Source: Marsupella aquatica (taxonomy: Eukaryota > Plantae > Marchantiophyta). Taken from it: DNA of 64,000 nt. The translations under genes and the position numbers were made by a program. The stretch spans positions 26,467,972 to 26,531,971 of the forward strand of contig OZ316891.1 of the NCBI GenBank assembly GCA_973895155.1. The letters run 5' to 3'. Below the pieces are notes generated by a model that was not told where the DNA came from, did not search any database, and was given only the letters and a program-made list of their open reading frames with translations. Shown one piece after another: positions 1 through 12,014 of this stretch. The stretch's first letter is position 1. Every line of letters starts with the position of its first letter.

Positions 1-135
1 TCTGATAAAATGTTTGAGCTAGTCAAGATTGATGGAAAGCTCAACCCGGCTGATGCTTTTACCAAAGTGATTCCTTTGGAGAGTTACTCAAGACACCGTG
101 CTACTTTGCAAGTTTTGCATTTGCAGCACAAGTAG
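1..135 (+). pseudogene. C-terminal end of Ty1/copia pol (RNase H), truncated by the window edge
   Basis: Frame 1 reads SDKMFELVKIDGKLNPADAFTKVIPLESYSRHRATLQVLHLQHK*. NPADxFTK is the copia RNase H terminal motif. Confidence 0.85.
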
Positions 136-310
136 AGTAACTTAACAATATGTAATTTCTGTATATGGGTTACTCAATCCTGTTATGGCTACGGCTACCC
201 TTAGTTAACCTTAAATGGTTTTTAGGGGGACACCTATGGTTTTAGGTGATTGTCTAGAATTTCCCGCTGAGTATCTCATATGGATAGCAGAAATTGCAGT
301 CCCCAAGACT

Positions 311-595
311 AGAGTCAAGGGGGAGTTTGTTAAGGATTGCTCTTAGTCTTGTGACTCATAGGTTACGGCACTTAGGCTAACCACAGTTAGGATCTTAGCT
401 GAGGTTAGATTAGTCGTGTGTGACCTTGTATATACTAGGGCTAGTGTAAGCCGCTGGAGGGTGGTGCTTACTCATTATAACAGAACAACAGGAGGAAGAG
501 AGAGAGCATGTGTGTTCGTCTACTCTTGAAGTAAAGCTTGAGTGTTCGTGTGGACGTAGCCTTGGAGAAGAGGTGAACCACGTAGAGATTGTGTC
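311..595 (+). mobile_element. Ty1/copia PPT and 3' LTR (right end lost or interrupted)
   Basis: Purine tract agagtcaagggggag (311-325) is followed by TGTTAAGG at 328. A TATA-like tatata and a gtggacgtag...gaaccacgta motif typical of copia LTRs follow. The right boundary is approximate. Confidence 0.65.
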
Positions 596-3283
596 GACTA
601 CGTGTGCATGGAATGAGTCATGGTTGTATGGTCGTTGCGAATGACGTCTTAGTTCAACACGACCAACCAGACCCGACGGCCCCCGGATAACCCGAAGTCC
701 AACTTATTATAGGTAATCCGCGTCCCCGAGGTAGTCTGGATCGCGATCAAGAAACTCGAACATGCGGACTATCTCAAGGAGCATCAGTTGGAGCGGTTCG
801 CCCACTTACTATGGAGGCCGTGCGCCGCCGGGCCGAAGGAGATTTGTGAGTTCATCTCCAATTTCGACACTGATGCGTCGACCACCAAGGTTTCGGGGCA
901 GGCCTTATCACTCACGGAGCATCGGTTAATGCAAATTTTCTGCCTACCAACCGGGCCGGTGCCGGTGGAAATCCGAATTCGGGATAAGGAGTATACGCCG
1001 CGGCACTTCAAACCCCAGGGTAAGACGGACAACGGATACAAGCAGGGGGCGTGCACCAACTTAACCTGTATGGAGCGGCTTAACTTCATACGGACTACCC
1101 TACACATGATTGAGCCACGATCCGAGATTTCCCTCTGCACGATCGTGCAGGTGGAACAGTACAAACGACGAAACTGGGCCCAATTCTTCTACCGAAGATT
1201 CTCGAGGGAGCTGAGGGTGGTATGGCTATTGGAGGGAAGACTTACTTGGGAAGTCATATCGCCATTATCCTCGCCTGGTACAAGACACGGCGGGAGGCCA
1301 GAGGAAAGAATATGGCCACCTCAGCCCCGGGTAATGTCACCCCCGCCCCAGAGGAGGCAACCCCGACTACGCGGACTACCGTCCCTCGGGCAAACCCCGA
1401 GCCGAAAGCCCCGATTAATACTCCGCAACCGCCCCCTATGGAAATTCCACCGCCTCCTTCCGTTGAGCCTCCGCTACCTGCAGTACAACCACCCCCAATC
1501 CCTCCACCACCTGAAGAAACCTTCCCCTCCCCAGCGCTGACTACGGAGGAGCTCATTGCCCCTGCCGAGGAACCACCGGTACCCGAGAGGATGGAGGACT
1601 ACCAAGTAGCCCCGGGGACCATGGCCTACGACCTGGTCCAGAAGTTTAGCCAGACTATGTCTGGGGAGCTGGCGACATACATCGGACAACAAGTCTCGGC
1701 GTACTTTCAGCCAGCCTTCTTCATGTTAGAGCACCAACCACGGATCGTCAGCCGCTTGGAAGAAGAACTCATGGCGAAGGGGAATGAGATCGGGCGTCTC
1801 CAGATGCTGGTAGAGCACCTCGAGGAGGAGGCAACGACCCGCCGCGAGGATTTAGTCCGCACTGTCGAACAGAGGGACGGACTAACCCAGGAGTTAAGCG
1901 AAGCGCAGGCCAAACTCAAGAAGCTGGACGACACCGTGCTTCAATTACGCTCAGAATCTTTGGCTCGGGTTACCAACCTGACCGACCTCAACAAACAATT
2001 CCTGCAGGCAGCACAGTAGGTGGCTGGTCTCTCCGCCGAACGAGATAAATTGCTAGCGCAGGACCAGGTCCATCGCGACGCCATCAACCAGCTCAACTTG
2101 GAGGTGGCGCGGCTCCAGACTGAAGCCGATGAAGCTGCAAACGAGGCGGAGGAAGCAGTACGGGACAACAAGGCTTTGCAGGACCGCGTCACCCTGCTCG
2201 TCCTCCAACGGGGAAAACCTGGGCCCACCTCTGATCAAGGCGGCTCGAGGTCTCACCCCGACAAGGGGACCAGCCCTGGTCCAACCACTGCACACACGTA
2301 AGGGTGGTTAGCGAAGGGTAGAAGCAGGCGCCGCGCGAGGCGGTTAAGTCAGCGGCATCTTTTGGTTAGGCGTAACGACAGAATGACTGTCATTAGGCGC
2401 CGATTAGCGGCAGTAGGAAGAATTAGGGCCGGTCAGTTAGGATCAGCCAACGTAGGATGGAGTCCATCAACAGACTAGAGTTTGTCAGTAGGCTTGGCCA
2501 CTGCCATTCCGGTTGGCACACTCGTAGTCGACGGTCAACCGGTCAGTGCAGCGCGACCAGTAGTCAGCAGATAGTTAGTCAGTAGGTAGTACCCCGGAAG
2601 GTAGTATCCTCCGGTTCTCTTCCACTATGGTAGTATTTAGGCTTCCCCTTCCGCGATGGGAAGGGGGAGAAGGCTTAGTTATCTCAGCAGAAGAAAGGCG
2701 AGGCACGGGGAGTCCCGGCCTGAGTAGGGTCAGAGCGCACCAAGGAGTGAGAGCCAGAGTCGAGGTTGCTGGGCAAGTGCGAGGCAGGGCCTCGTAGAGA
2801 CTGGGCATCGACTGCCGTTGGGCCTGCTGACCCCCTTTGAAGTCGAGTCAACCATGTAAACTGATGCTTCGCTGAGTAAATGTAGTCTTTTCCCCCTAAT
2901 GTTTCTGAGAGTAACTGGTGTTGTGTGTATGCTTTGTCTGGGCAAAGGCGCCATTTTAAGGGACGTACCGGGTGCGGACTAATGGTAGGGATTGCCACTC
3001 ATTGCATATCACAAGGTCTTGTCACGTCGATGGCTTGAAAAGCCCCAAGTCGGGAGTTAGTCCGCGTCACTAACTGAGGGAATATTCCAGCGATGGAAAA
3101 TAAATATACCTATGTCAAGTACGAATTATGCGAGTGTTATACCAGTAAGTATATCGGCTTAGCCCGACTTAGGGCTATTGAAGGTCACTACACACCTCCT
3201 TGCCCGAACCCTCACCCCTACTGGTGGCCGAGGTCGCACCACGACACTAACCTGGATTTAAGGCCCAGGTTAGGGGTGCGACA
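596..3283 (+). mobile_element. LTR-retrotransposon-derived segment with accessory ORF (copy 1)
   Basis: Colinear homology with 41290-44577. Both copies stop at the same LTR-type end (gggtgcgACA at 3283; tagtgcaACA at 44577). It abuts an interrupted gag on the right. The left boundary is approximate. Confidence 0.6.
641..2301 (+). pseudogene. Retroelement accessory ORF (~550 aa): plant-transposon-protein-like N-terminus, Pro-rich linker, coiled coil
   Basis: ATG 641 is in frame with ORF 788. It has TAG stops at 650, 710 and 2017 and one frameshift near 1220. Motifs are EFISNF...VSGQALSLT...IFCLP...NWAQFF...YLGSHIAIIL. Copy 2 has CAG at the 2017 stop. Confidence 0.65.
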
Positions 3284-4593
3284 AAGCGTCCATCTTTTGC
3301 TTGGACTTGGTTGTCTTGGCCTCATTCTTGTTACCACTACTGGATGCTTGAGAAGAGTTGTCTATAGCCTTGGTACTCGCTACAGGCTTCACATTCCTTT
3401 GCGGTTGAGCAGGATATGCCGACTGTTATCGGGGTAACAATTTTTGTTGCCTTCATTTTGGATGTGCTTGAAAGCAGACTGACTCCACATGTCCAGTCTT
3501 GCCGCATGCAGAAGAATGCAAATTCTCTTTTGGAATGTTGCACTGAGGTGAGTTGTGGTCTAATGACCCACAATGATTGCATGATTGTATTGGTGCAGCC
3601 GCATTCACCTACTTGGAGTTATGACCTTGCTGTCCCCTCTCAAACGGTCTTCCTTGCAACTGTCGTGGGTTGGCAGGTTGTCTTCCCTGCCCAACTGAGG
3701 CCATGCTGTTTGTGGCAGCAGCTCTGGTCTTTGGCTTGGGCGTGATCTCGTAGTTCTCATTTGCCCAGTTCATCTTCTCTGCAAGTTCATAGACATCCTG
3801 TAGGGTGTAATTCTCGTTGCTTCCTGAGAATAGGCTATTAGTAACCTTGTTGTGCAGGTCTAGGTCATCTGCTTGCCCGCAAGTACTTGTGCGCTGCTTC
3901 TCGATCAGTGCAACTCTTTGTCTCCTTTTGCAAGCGTTCAATCCTTTGGTACATCATCTTCAGTGTCTCATCCTTCTTATAAATGATGTTGTTCAGCTCT
4001 GCCCACTTGATTGAGGTCCTCTCTGGGAATTCTTCTTTCAGTATGGCGAAGAAGTCTGCTATTGGATCTGTGACTCCAAGATCTACTAGCGCCTCTTGGG
4101 CTATCCCTGTAGTGGCTGCTATGATCTGAGTCTACGTGAGTGTCACTGTGATTGGTGGTACTCCCCCATTTTGCTTTGGGTCCTTTGCCCAATTTGTAAC
4201 TTGGGTAGTGAGTTGTTGCTCTTCAGCGACCTTGATGGCAGCAGTGTAAGCTGGGTTGGTTCTCATCTCCTACCGCACCAATATATCTTCATGCTGCTCA
4301 TACGTAGTAAGTGCTTCCTCGCACAGATACCATTTCAGCTGAATGAAAGAAAATTGCATGTCGTACTCAAATTTATACTTCTTTTTCAAATCTGCCATGA
4401 CTCCAACAAACCATGCTTTGAATTCCCGTAGTGGGATTGTCCCTGGTCTGCCACTGAACTTCTGGTCACGGGTGTACGCTGGACCATGTGACTGCATTCC
4501 CACCATGTCGTAAGCTGGGACGTTGAAATAGTCCTCAAATTCACCCTCCTCTTCGGATTTAGATTGTGATGAGTGCTCTTCCTGTCCCCCCAA
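3284..4593 (-). pseudogene. Degenerate retrotransposon gag
   Basis: Gag-like ORFs 4270-4593 (KFSGRPGTIPLREF) and 3609-3941. Two zinc knuckles lie at ~3470-3585: CNHCGSLDHNSPQC and (S)SACGKTGHVESVC. It is cut at 3283 by the neighbouring element. Confidence 0.75.
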
Positions 4594-4869
4594 TCTGAAG
4601 TGTGGAGAAGGTAGGGACTGGAAGCTGCAAAACGTGCTCTCCGAGTATGATGGGCGCGCCTACCTCAAGTGCGTGGAGCTGTATGTGGCTGACTGCGCAA
4701 CCAATAGCGGGGTGATTCACTCATAAGCTAGTGGACACGTGTAAGGTGGTGGTAGATCTGAGTGAATACTCCGCTAGTGGCTTAAACCAATAGGTAGAAC
4801 CCCACAGTCCAATGCAGACCGTAGCGCACAATAGGGAGCAGAAGTGGTAATGGAGACTGTTCAACCTCC

Positions 4870-6071
4870 CGTAAGAAATTAACACCAAAATGTATAACAA
4901 TGAAATGACAAAAATGGTCTTTGGATAAGATTAACAACAGAAAGTCAATGTGATGAGGAAAACCCTAGGGCACGCCATGCAGCCCGTCCATGGTGACTCA
5001 CAATATAACATAGCCCAATTACCACATAAAATGTAGATCAATCCTACTGATATGGAATGTGGAGAAAGTTTTGAATACACAGCTTTGAGAAAGTCTAGAA
5101 AATAACTCAAACTGCTCTACATATCATAGGAGAAACAAAACTAGAAATTTAATCTAGCCAACATAGGGATGAGGGCGAGGCTCATGCAACTCATGCTCTG
5201 CTCTCTCCCTCTCTAGAAGGTCTAATGGTATAGGACCATGGTCTGGATGTAGAGTGCCGTTACGATGCACATACTGTGGATGGCCTCGAGCTTACTCGGG
5301 GGCAATAGGGGCTGGTAACTGTCCAGAAGTGCACCAAGGATACGGACTCACATCCAAGAAACTGTAACCATCACCTGTATCATCCTCTATATCAACCCGT
5401 CGCCAAACTAGATCAAAAGTCCAAGGATGAAGTCGAGAAGATGGTGTACAAAGCCTACTAGAAATCACCTCAAAGGCCTCCTCATGCCTCCAAAGGGGTA
5501 GCTGACCATCTGCTACTAAACGATCAGCCCATGAATGGCAACCAGGTGCATCACGTACATACTACTCCCATGCTGCCAATCCCTGTACAAAATGCTGAAG
5601 AAACTGGTCCACCAACTCCTCAAGGTCAGCTAGGGAGTACTCCACCACAAGATAGTGCAAAATCTGATCAGCAGTGACTAGATGATATGGGCACAAGCAT
5701 CGTGTGGACTAACGGACCACCCGTATGAGCAACTGATTTACATTGCGGATGGAGAGTGTCACTATCTCGAAAGCACGAGAATTGACTCCATTGTATGGAT
5801 AGAAACCTCTAGTATGTAAATGAGCCACCGATCGATCGCGAACGGAAGCACTAGCATGGAAAATAGGAGCCAAACTCTGTGCACGAAAGAGTTGTGAGGA
5901 GTGACAAGAGTACCAGTGCCTAAACTACTGCAAAAGTGGCTGAGGACAATACTCAGGTGAATCGATGAAGCAACGAATCTAGTATGACACTGGTAGCTAT
6001 TGCCCCGCATGCTCAAAATCAGCCAAAGTATACCGCATTGTCCAGGTGAGCAATCTACAATCACACTCCAG
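4870..6071 (-). mobile_element. Putative PBS and 5' LTR/leader of the gag element
   Basis: The minus strand reads ...ACA-ttt-TGGTGTT at 4893-4881, an LTR end followed by a PBS-like TGG upstream of gag. The extent is uncertain. Confidence 0.3.
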
Positions 6072-6279
6072 TATCCGGGTGACCTTGTTTTCTGGTAAGA
6101 GTATGTTGGCTCTTATGAAGTTAACCTTGCATGCCCATAAGTTCTACACTAAAACCAAAATGATAACTCTTGTAAGAAGGGTGGTGGGTATTAAGAAAAG
6201 TTCAGGTGAAACTAATATACTATTAAATCTTACTTCACCATACTTGCGGATCAACACATCTCGGAAACTAATTTTTTCT

Positions 6280-8785
6280 ACGCTTGAGTAATGTAGGGCT
6301 GCCCTAAAATCAAGTCATAGGGTAAGCTATCATGCACAAAGATGTTAGTTGGCTCAATCACATTGCCAACCTTCACTGGAACTCCTGGACATCCTCCCCA
6401 AAGTGTATTCTTTGAACGATTGATTGAGTTTACCGACCACTGGGTATCACAATCAACCATCCATTGCCCAAGATCATAGATGTTTCTTGACATTAGATTT
6501 ACCTCTGATCCGGTATCAATCAATGCTCGGGCTTTGCCCTCCATCCCCACAAGCTCTACTTCCACCACTGAGCAAGTTCTTGCCCAAAATGGTTCCAAGA
6601 TGGACTTCTTGCCATCTCCCAATTCAAGATTCTTCATGGTAGAGGCACACATGACCCACACACTTTGTGAAGCCTTGAGTACCTCTTCTTGACTGATTTT
6701 TGCCACTTCTTGTGACTTGTCAAACTTTTTTCTCATCAATGGTTCCCATCTTCCCAAGTCCAATAGCTTAGCTTCTGACATCTTTGGTTTAGAAACTACC
6801 TCCTTTGAAGACTCTGGCATCTGTGGTCCAGAAACTTCATCATTTGAAAACCCTAGCATCTGTGGTCTAGGGATCTTCTTCTTTGAAGACCCTAGCATCT
6901 GTGGTCCAGGGATCTACTCCTTTGAAGACCCTAGCATCTGTGGTCCAGGGATCTTCTCAACATTTACTTGATACACTTGACACTCTGTATTAGCTCTTGA
7001 AAATGAACCTTCTCCATCCTCTCCAACTTCAGAATAAGACTCTGCTCCCAATGCATGAGGTCCTTCTTTATAAAATCTTTTTCGCTTCACCTTTGCAAGT
7101 AAAGCATCTTGAGCTTTGGAGTTCATGCAAGCAAAAAACTCCTCATTGGTGACTCCACTCACTGTGGCTTTCCAAAACTTGTCAGCAACCTGGTCATACT
7201 CTATGTGTTGCTCCACATCCCTTCCAAGTATCCAACCAGGTCCTTTCTTTTCTGCTTTCTCCTTTTTTACTACTTCCAACTCCTTTGGAGGGGTTGAAGT
7301 AGACTCTTTTGGTGTGCTTACTCTGTCCTCAAATCGAACACTCCTTCTCATTGGCACATCAGATGATGGCCTAGGAGTAGAAGGTCCAGAATCCACTTTC
7401 TGTTTTCCTTTAGCACGTTCTTCCAAAGGCTCCACAGACTTTCTTTTCTCCTCCACCATAGAATCCCATATAGACCCTACTTCTGCAGTAAAAGCAAAGA
7501 TCAAAACAGGATCATTCCAACTTGATTTCCTTCTTACAAACTCTGCCAGCCTTTTCTTCTCTGTCTCTGAGGATCCTACTGACGAAGGATCCCCAAACAC
7601 AGTGTAGACATCTGCTTCATGCTCACCCTTGTCCCCATAAGCTGCAGCAATGGTTGAGTTATGATGTTCAGCCATTCTCTTCTCCACTAGTACCTTCATG
7701 CCACCTTTGTTGGCATTGACTGGAATAAGTTCACCCAAATCGTGGTAGGCAAGCTTTCTTATGCCATCATGCTCAACAAACTTAACCATTCTCTCTTTTA
7801 GAGCAGCAGACGGCTCAACACACTCTTTTCTAGAGTGCTCTTTGCTATCACACCAGATGCAATTACAGCTTCTTGGTCCTCCGATAGAACTCCCTGCTCC
7901 TCCACTACCTCTTGATGGTGGTCTCGATGTGTTGCCTCCAATTTATCCCAAAGCTTGGGTGGCAAGAATGGTAAGATTCTTCATGAGTTCAGACAACTCA
8001 TCCATCTTGTCCACACTCTTCTCACCCCTATCGGTTGTTGATTCCATCTTCTCCACTCTCCTCATAGAAGTCACAGGTGCTATTGTGTCCAGAACACTTT
8101 CATGATTGAGTTTTTTCCTTCTGTGCTTTTGACTGACTCTTAGCACAGCAGTCTCAACCTCCTCCCAAGTTGGTTGATTAGCCCCACGACTCGGGTTCAG
8201 TAGTTCAAGAGCAAGCTCTAACTCATCCTGAAGCTTCTCATCAGTAGCCCGGATGAGTAGAGTAGCCTTTTGGACCTTGATAACTTCAGATCCTATCTCA
8301 GGAAGTTGATTGAACTTCTTGACAAACTCCCTCATCAACTCTTGAGGTCCCAACTTCTTACTTCTGTCAGTCACCCAATCAAGGAAAGATGTCTGGGTGA
8401 CCCTATCTGGATCTTCCAGCTGAAATTCTTCTTTCATTCTCAGCTCAAAAATATTCCATGCCTTTTCTCTATTAGCTCCCTCTGTCAAGGAAACAATAAT
8501 TTCCTTGAGTTCAGGTTCCGCCAAAGATACAAACTCCTTGACTGCTATCTCACCATCAATCTTGTGAATTGTAGCCTCTGTCCAGTATCCCTTGAGATAC
8601 CTTGTCACATTTCGTCCATCAAATTCTCCTTGCTTAGTAAGAACGAAGTGCAAGTACTTTGTGGTCCTTCCAAGCAACTCCTTCTTCTTCTTCTCTTCTA
8701 TCTCCTTCTCCTTCATTCCATGTAAGTATGCAGCAACCAAAGATGAAAACCTCTCCATGTCAGTTAGATTAATCTCAGTTCCCAT
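6280..8785 (-). pseudogene. gag-aspartic protease polyprotein
   Basis: ORFs 7943-8785, 6914-7789 and 6278-6898 share one frame and are split by two stops. Contains the zinc knuckle CIWCDSKEHSRKEC (~7820-7861) and the protease motifs ALIDTGSEVNLM and DLILGQPY. Confidence 0.85.
6790..6960 (-). repeat. 39-bp coding tandem repeat (~4 copies; KIPGPQMLGSSKE) between gag and protease
   Basis: ctttgaagaccctagcatctgtggtccagggatct recurs at 39-bp spacing. Confidence 0.85.
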
Positions 8786-9794
8786 GATTGCAAATTTTCC
8801 CTCTTGACTAATGATATACTCACAATTTAAGGACTTATAGTTCCAAAATCATATCTCTCTCCATCAACCAAAACTTAAACATGCACAAGCTAACTCCAAA
8901 ATCCAGCGGTTCCCCAATATGGTCGCCATTTATGTCCGGGTGACCGTGTTTTCTGGTAAGAGCATGTTGGCTCTTATAAAGTTAACCTTGCATGCCCATA
9001 AGTTCTATACTAAAACCAAAATGATAACTCTTGTAAGAAGGGTGGTGGATATTAAGAAAGGTTCAGGTGAAACTAATATACTATTAAATCTTACTTCACC
9101 ATACTTGCGGATGAACACATCTCGGAAACTAATTTTTTCTACGACATACAATCCTAATATCTCCAAGAGAAAATGAAATAGGAATGTCATCTGGACTCCT
9201 ATTTAGATCCATGACTTCAATAAAGGACAAAGATAATGCACTCCCACTCCTCTCGGTAAGACACTACTGGGTATACTATTGGCTCATTAGAACTCATAAC
9301 AGCAACTGCAAATTGAGCTCCAAAGTGATAAGTTAAATGCTGCCTCATGGATGGCTTGTCTAAAAGATGGACTCTAACCAAAAATGGGTTACGAAGGGGA
9401 AGATTAGGGATATCTCTCCCTTCTGGATTCATAATGACTCTCTTATTCCTTTGCTATCCGGGCCAAAGGATGCTTCACCCCTAAGTTCCCAAAGAGACCT
9501 TGTTCCCTAAGATCCCATCTATAAGTCTACCACTCATTCCTTGCTATCCGGGCCAAAGGATGCCCCACTACTATGTACATAAGGCAAAGAATAGAAGAGA
9601 AAGATGAGAGAATAAAAGATGGTCGCTTCGACGCGGAAATTATCAAAATGTGAGAATGAAGAGATAGTGCCCCTCGCCACTTTATTTATATTGAATCCAA
9701 GAGGGCATGGATTATGCCCAAACGCTTGGATGAAAGCCAAGTGGCACACATCCAACGTAGGAATGTGTGCTAGTACTATTGCAATCAAAACAAA

Positions 9795-10190
9795 TAATGC
9801 ATGCAAGTAAAATAACTAATGCATGCACCTAAAATAATTTGTGCATGCATGCACCTTGTGACTTGCACATTTGTTCACCTTGCATGCGCATAAAATAACT
9901 AATGCATGCAAATAAAATAATTTACATGCATCTAAAACAATTTGTGCATGCACATTATGACTTGCACATTTGCTCACCTTGCATGCACATAAAATAACTA
10001 ATGCATGCAAATAAAATAATTTGCATGCACCTAAAAAAATTTGTGCATGCACCTTGTGGCTTGCACATTTGCTCACCTTGCATGCACATAAAATGACTAT
10101 TGCATGCACATAAAACAATTTGTACATGCATCCAAACAATTTATGCATGCATCTTGTGGTTTGCATAGTTGCTTACCTTGCATGCACATA
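9795..10190. repeat. ~99-bp tandem repeat (~4 units) built from TGCATGCA-core subunits
   Basis: aaataactaatgcatgca...cttgcacatttgctcaccttgcatgcac recurs near 9811, 9893, 9992 and 10091. Confidence 0.85.
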
Positions 10191-12014
10191 CATAATAGTC
10201 AAATTATTTAGTTACCCCGTAACAATATATAAAGCTAACCTATATACTTACTTATATACTTAGTGGTAATGATTTCATCATGAATAATTGAATTATCACG
10301 ACACCGGTCGTCGACGGTGCTCAATGATACCATTCAGTACGTACAAGGACGACCTGATGCGATGCGTGCATGTGTCACCATGGCTGCGATCCCAATGCTG
10401 AAAAATCCATCCCAACAAGATTGTGGTGCCCCATTGCAACGGCGGTGAGTCTTTCAAAAGGAGCAAAGACACCATAATTCATAATATTCCGCATAATATT
10501 TGTACCAACAAGGAGAGATCCATAATATCTTTGTGAGAGAGATTATTGTTCTCACACTAGAATATCACATCACAAAAGAGATTCTCAACCCCTTGTGCTA
10601 CCAATAACCAATGTACGTATTGGTTCTAGGAAGGAAATTGTCTCTAATTTTAATTCCTATTGAGCATAATCCATTGACAGAATGCGTAAGGTGTTTCCAA
10701 GTGGAATTACGTAAGGAAACAAGGTGCATATAAGTACAATGTTCTAAGATTGTTCTCATCAGATACGGTTGACATGATACAAATTTGACTCACTGATTTC
10801 TAGTACACCATGTGCAGAACTAGTGCATGTACCAGCAGGTACAATACATGCAAGACTTCCCAGGTACAGGTTGCACAAAGCAGGTACGATACTAAGTGTA
10901 GCAGGAAGGTAAATTGGTGAAAAATAGGTATGCTTGCTCTAGTACAAGGCCTTATACAATTGCTCTCAAATACAGGGTGTGCAAAGCAAGTACATGAGCA
11001 AAGAAGGTACGTAATTTAAGAGGCATGTACAATTGCATTGGTACAAACCTCATTGCTTCCAAGTACAAGATGTGCATAGCAAGTACCTGATGCAAGGGCT
11101 TCCCAACTATGGTATGAGGTACAGATGCGATACGATGCGGTACGGGCAGTACACCGGTATAGTCATATGGTCGTGGTATGATCGTACGGACGGGCCAAAA
11201 TCCAAAATGTTGAAAAATTGAAAATTTATCAAAAATCAAAATTTCGTCACGAAAGCCCATCGGGAAGCTAAAGTAATTTTAGTTTTTGACCCAAATCAGA
11301 AAATTAAGACCACTTTGTAGACCTAAAATCTTGAGATGAACCCAAATATAAAATCTATTGAAACTTTTATCGAGCCAAAATCCCAGATTTCTATGCGCGA
11401 TAGTTTTGAAGTGAATAACAAAATGTGAGACGAACTGAGTCCGGAGTCAGCGAATGTGTGGTATGCTTTACTAAAGGACGGAAAACCATGAAGCAGCGAT
11501 GTAAGTGCTATCCCACGATGAAAAACTGACCGCCACCTCTATAATCGACGGAAACGCTAAGTAGCTATCACAGCATGTACAAATGGTGAGCTCTGCCTAA
11601 CACGAATAAGCAAGTGTAACCGGATTCACTTCAGAACTGAAGTGAATGAAGCAAGGGCCAGGAGGTATACCCCCTGGATCCCAAGGGATGGGCTGCCTCA
11701 TCCGATAAGGCAATCTGTGAGGAGCCCTCCCAGCCACTGAAACCTCACCATAAAAGACAAAATAGTGGTGTGCAAGATAGAATGATCTTAGTGTAGACTA
11801 ACCCACCAATCAACTAACCTAATGACTACTTGACCCTATCCGGTACCGCCGTCTTCTACGTGGCGGCGAGGTGGGTTGAATCTCGAGCTGCAATCCTAAC
11901 GTCGGTCACTCACTAGCCGCTACATCTACCTGGCAGTGCCCTAAATTAATCATGATCACCGCTAACTAGGGTAGCTGCTCAAACCCGAGTACGTGATTAA
12001 GCGTCGACGAGGGT

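Larger units (their letters stand above)
6072..9783 (-). mobile_element. Internally deleted Ty3/gypsy element: 5' LTR 8933-9783, PBS, gag-protease, 3' LTR stub 6072-6282
   Basis: The LTR is bounded by TGTCCGGG (8933) and ...TTGCA (9783). The minus-strand PBS TGGCGACCATATTGGGGA ends at 8928. Bases 6072-6282 duplicate 8933-9142. RT, RH and IN are absent. Confidence 0.8.

Noticed and set aside
592-3283. Solo LTR bounded by TGTCG...CGACA
   Set aside because: The flanks (gattg vs aagcg) are not a TSD, and tgtgtc at 590-595 also fits the copia LTR.
3284-4593. gag-only (TR-GAG-like) element using 3193-3205 as PPT
   Set aside because: The homologous copy at 44480-44577 shows that 3193-3283 belongs to the neighbouring element; gag is simply interrupted.
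10250-12010. Coding or ncRNA content in the GTAC-rich and LTR-like stretches
   Set aside because: Probably TE remnants, but no domain, termini or TSD could be supported.
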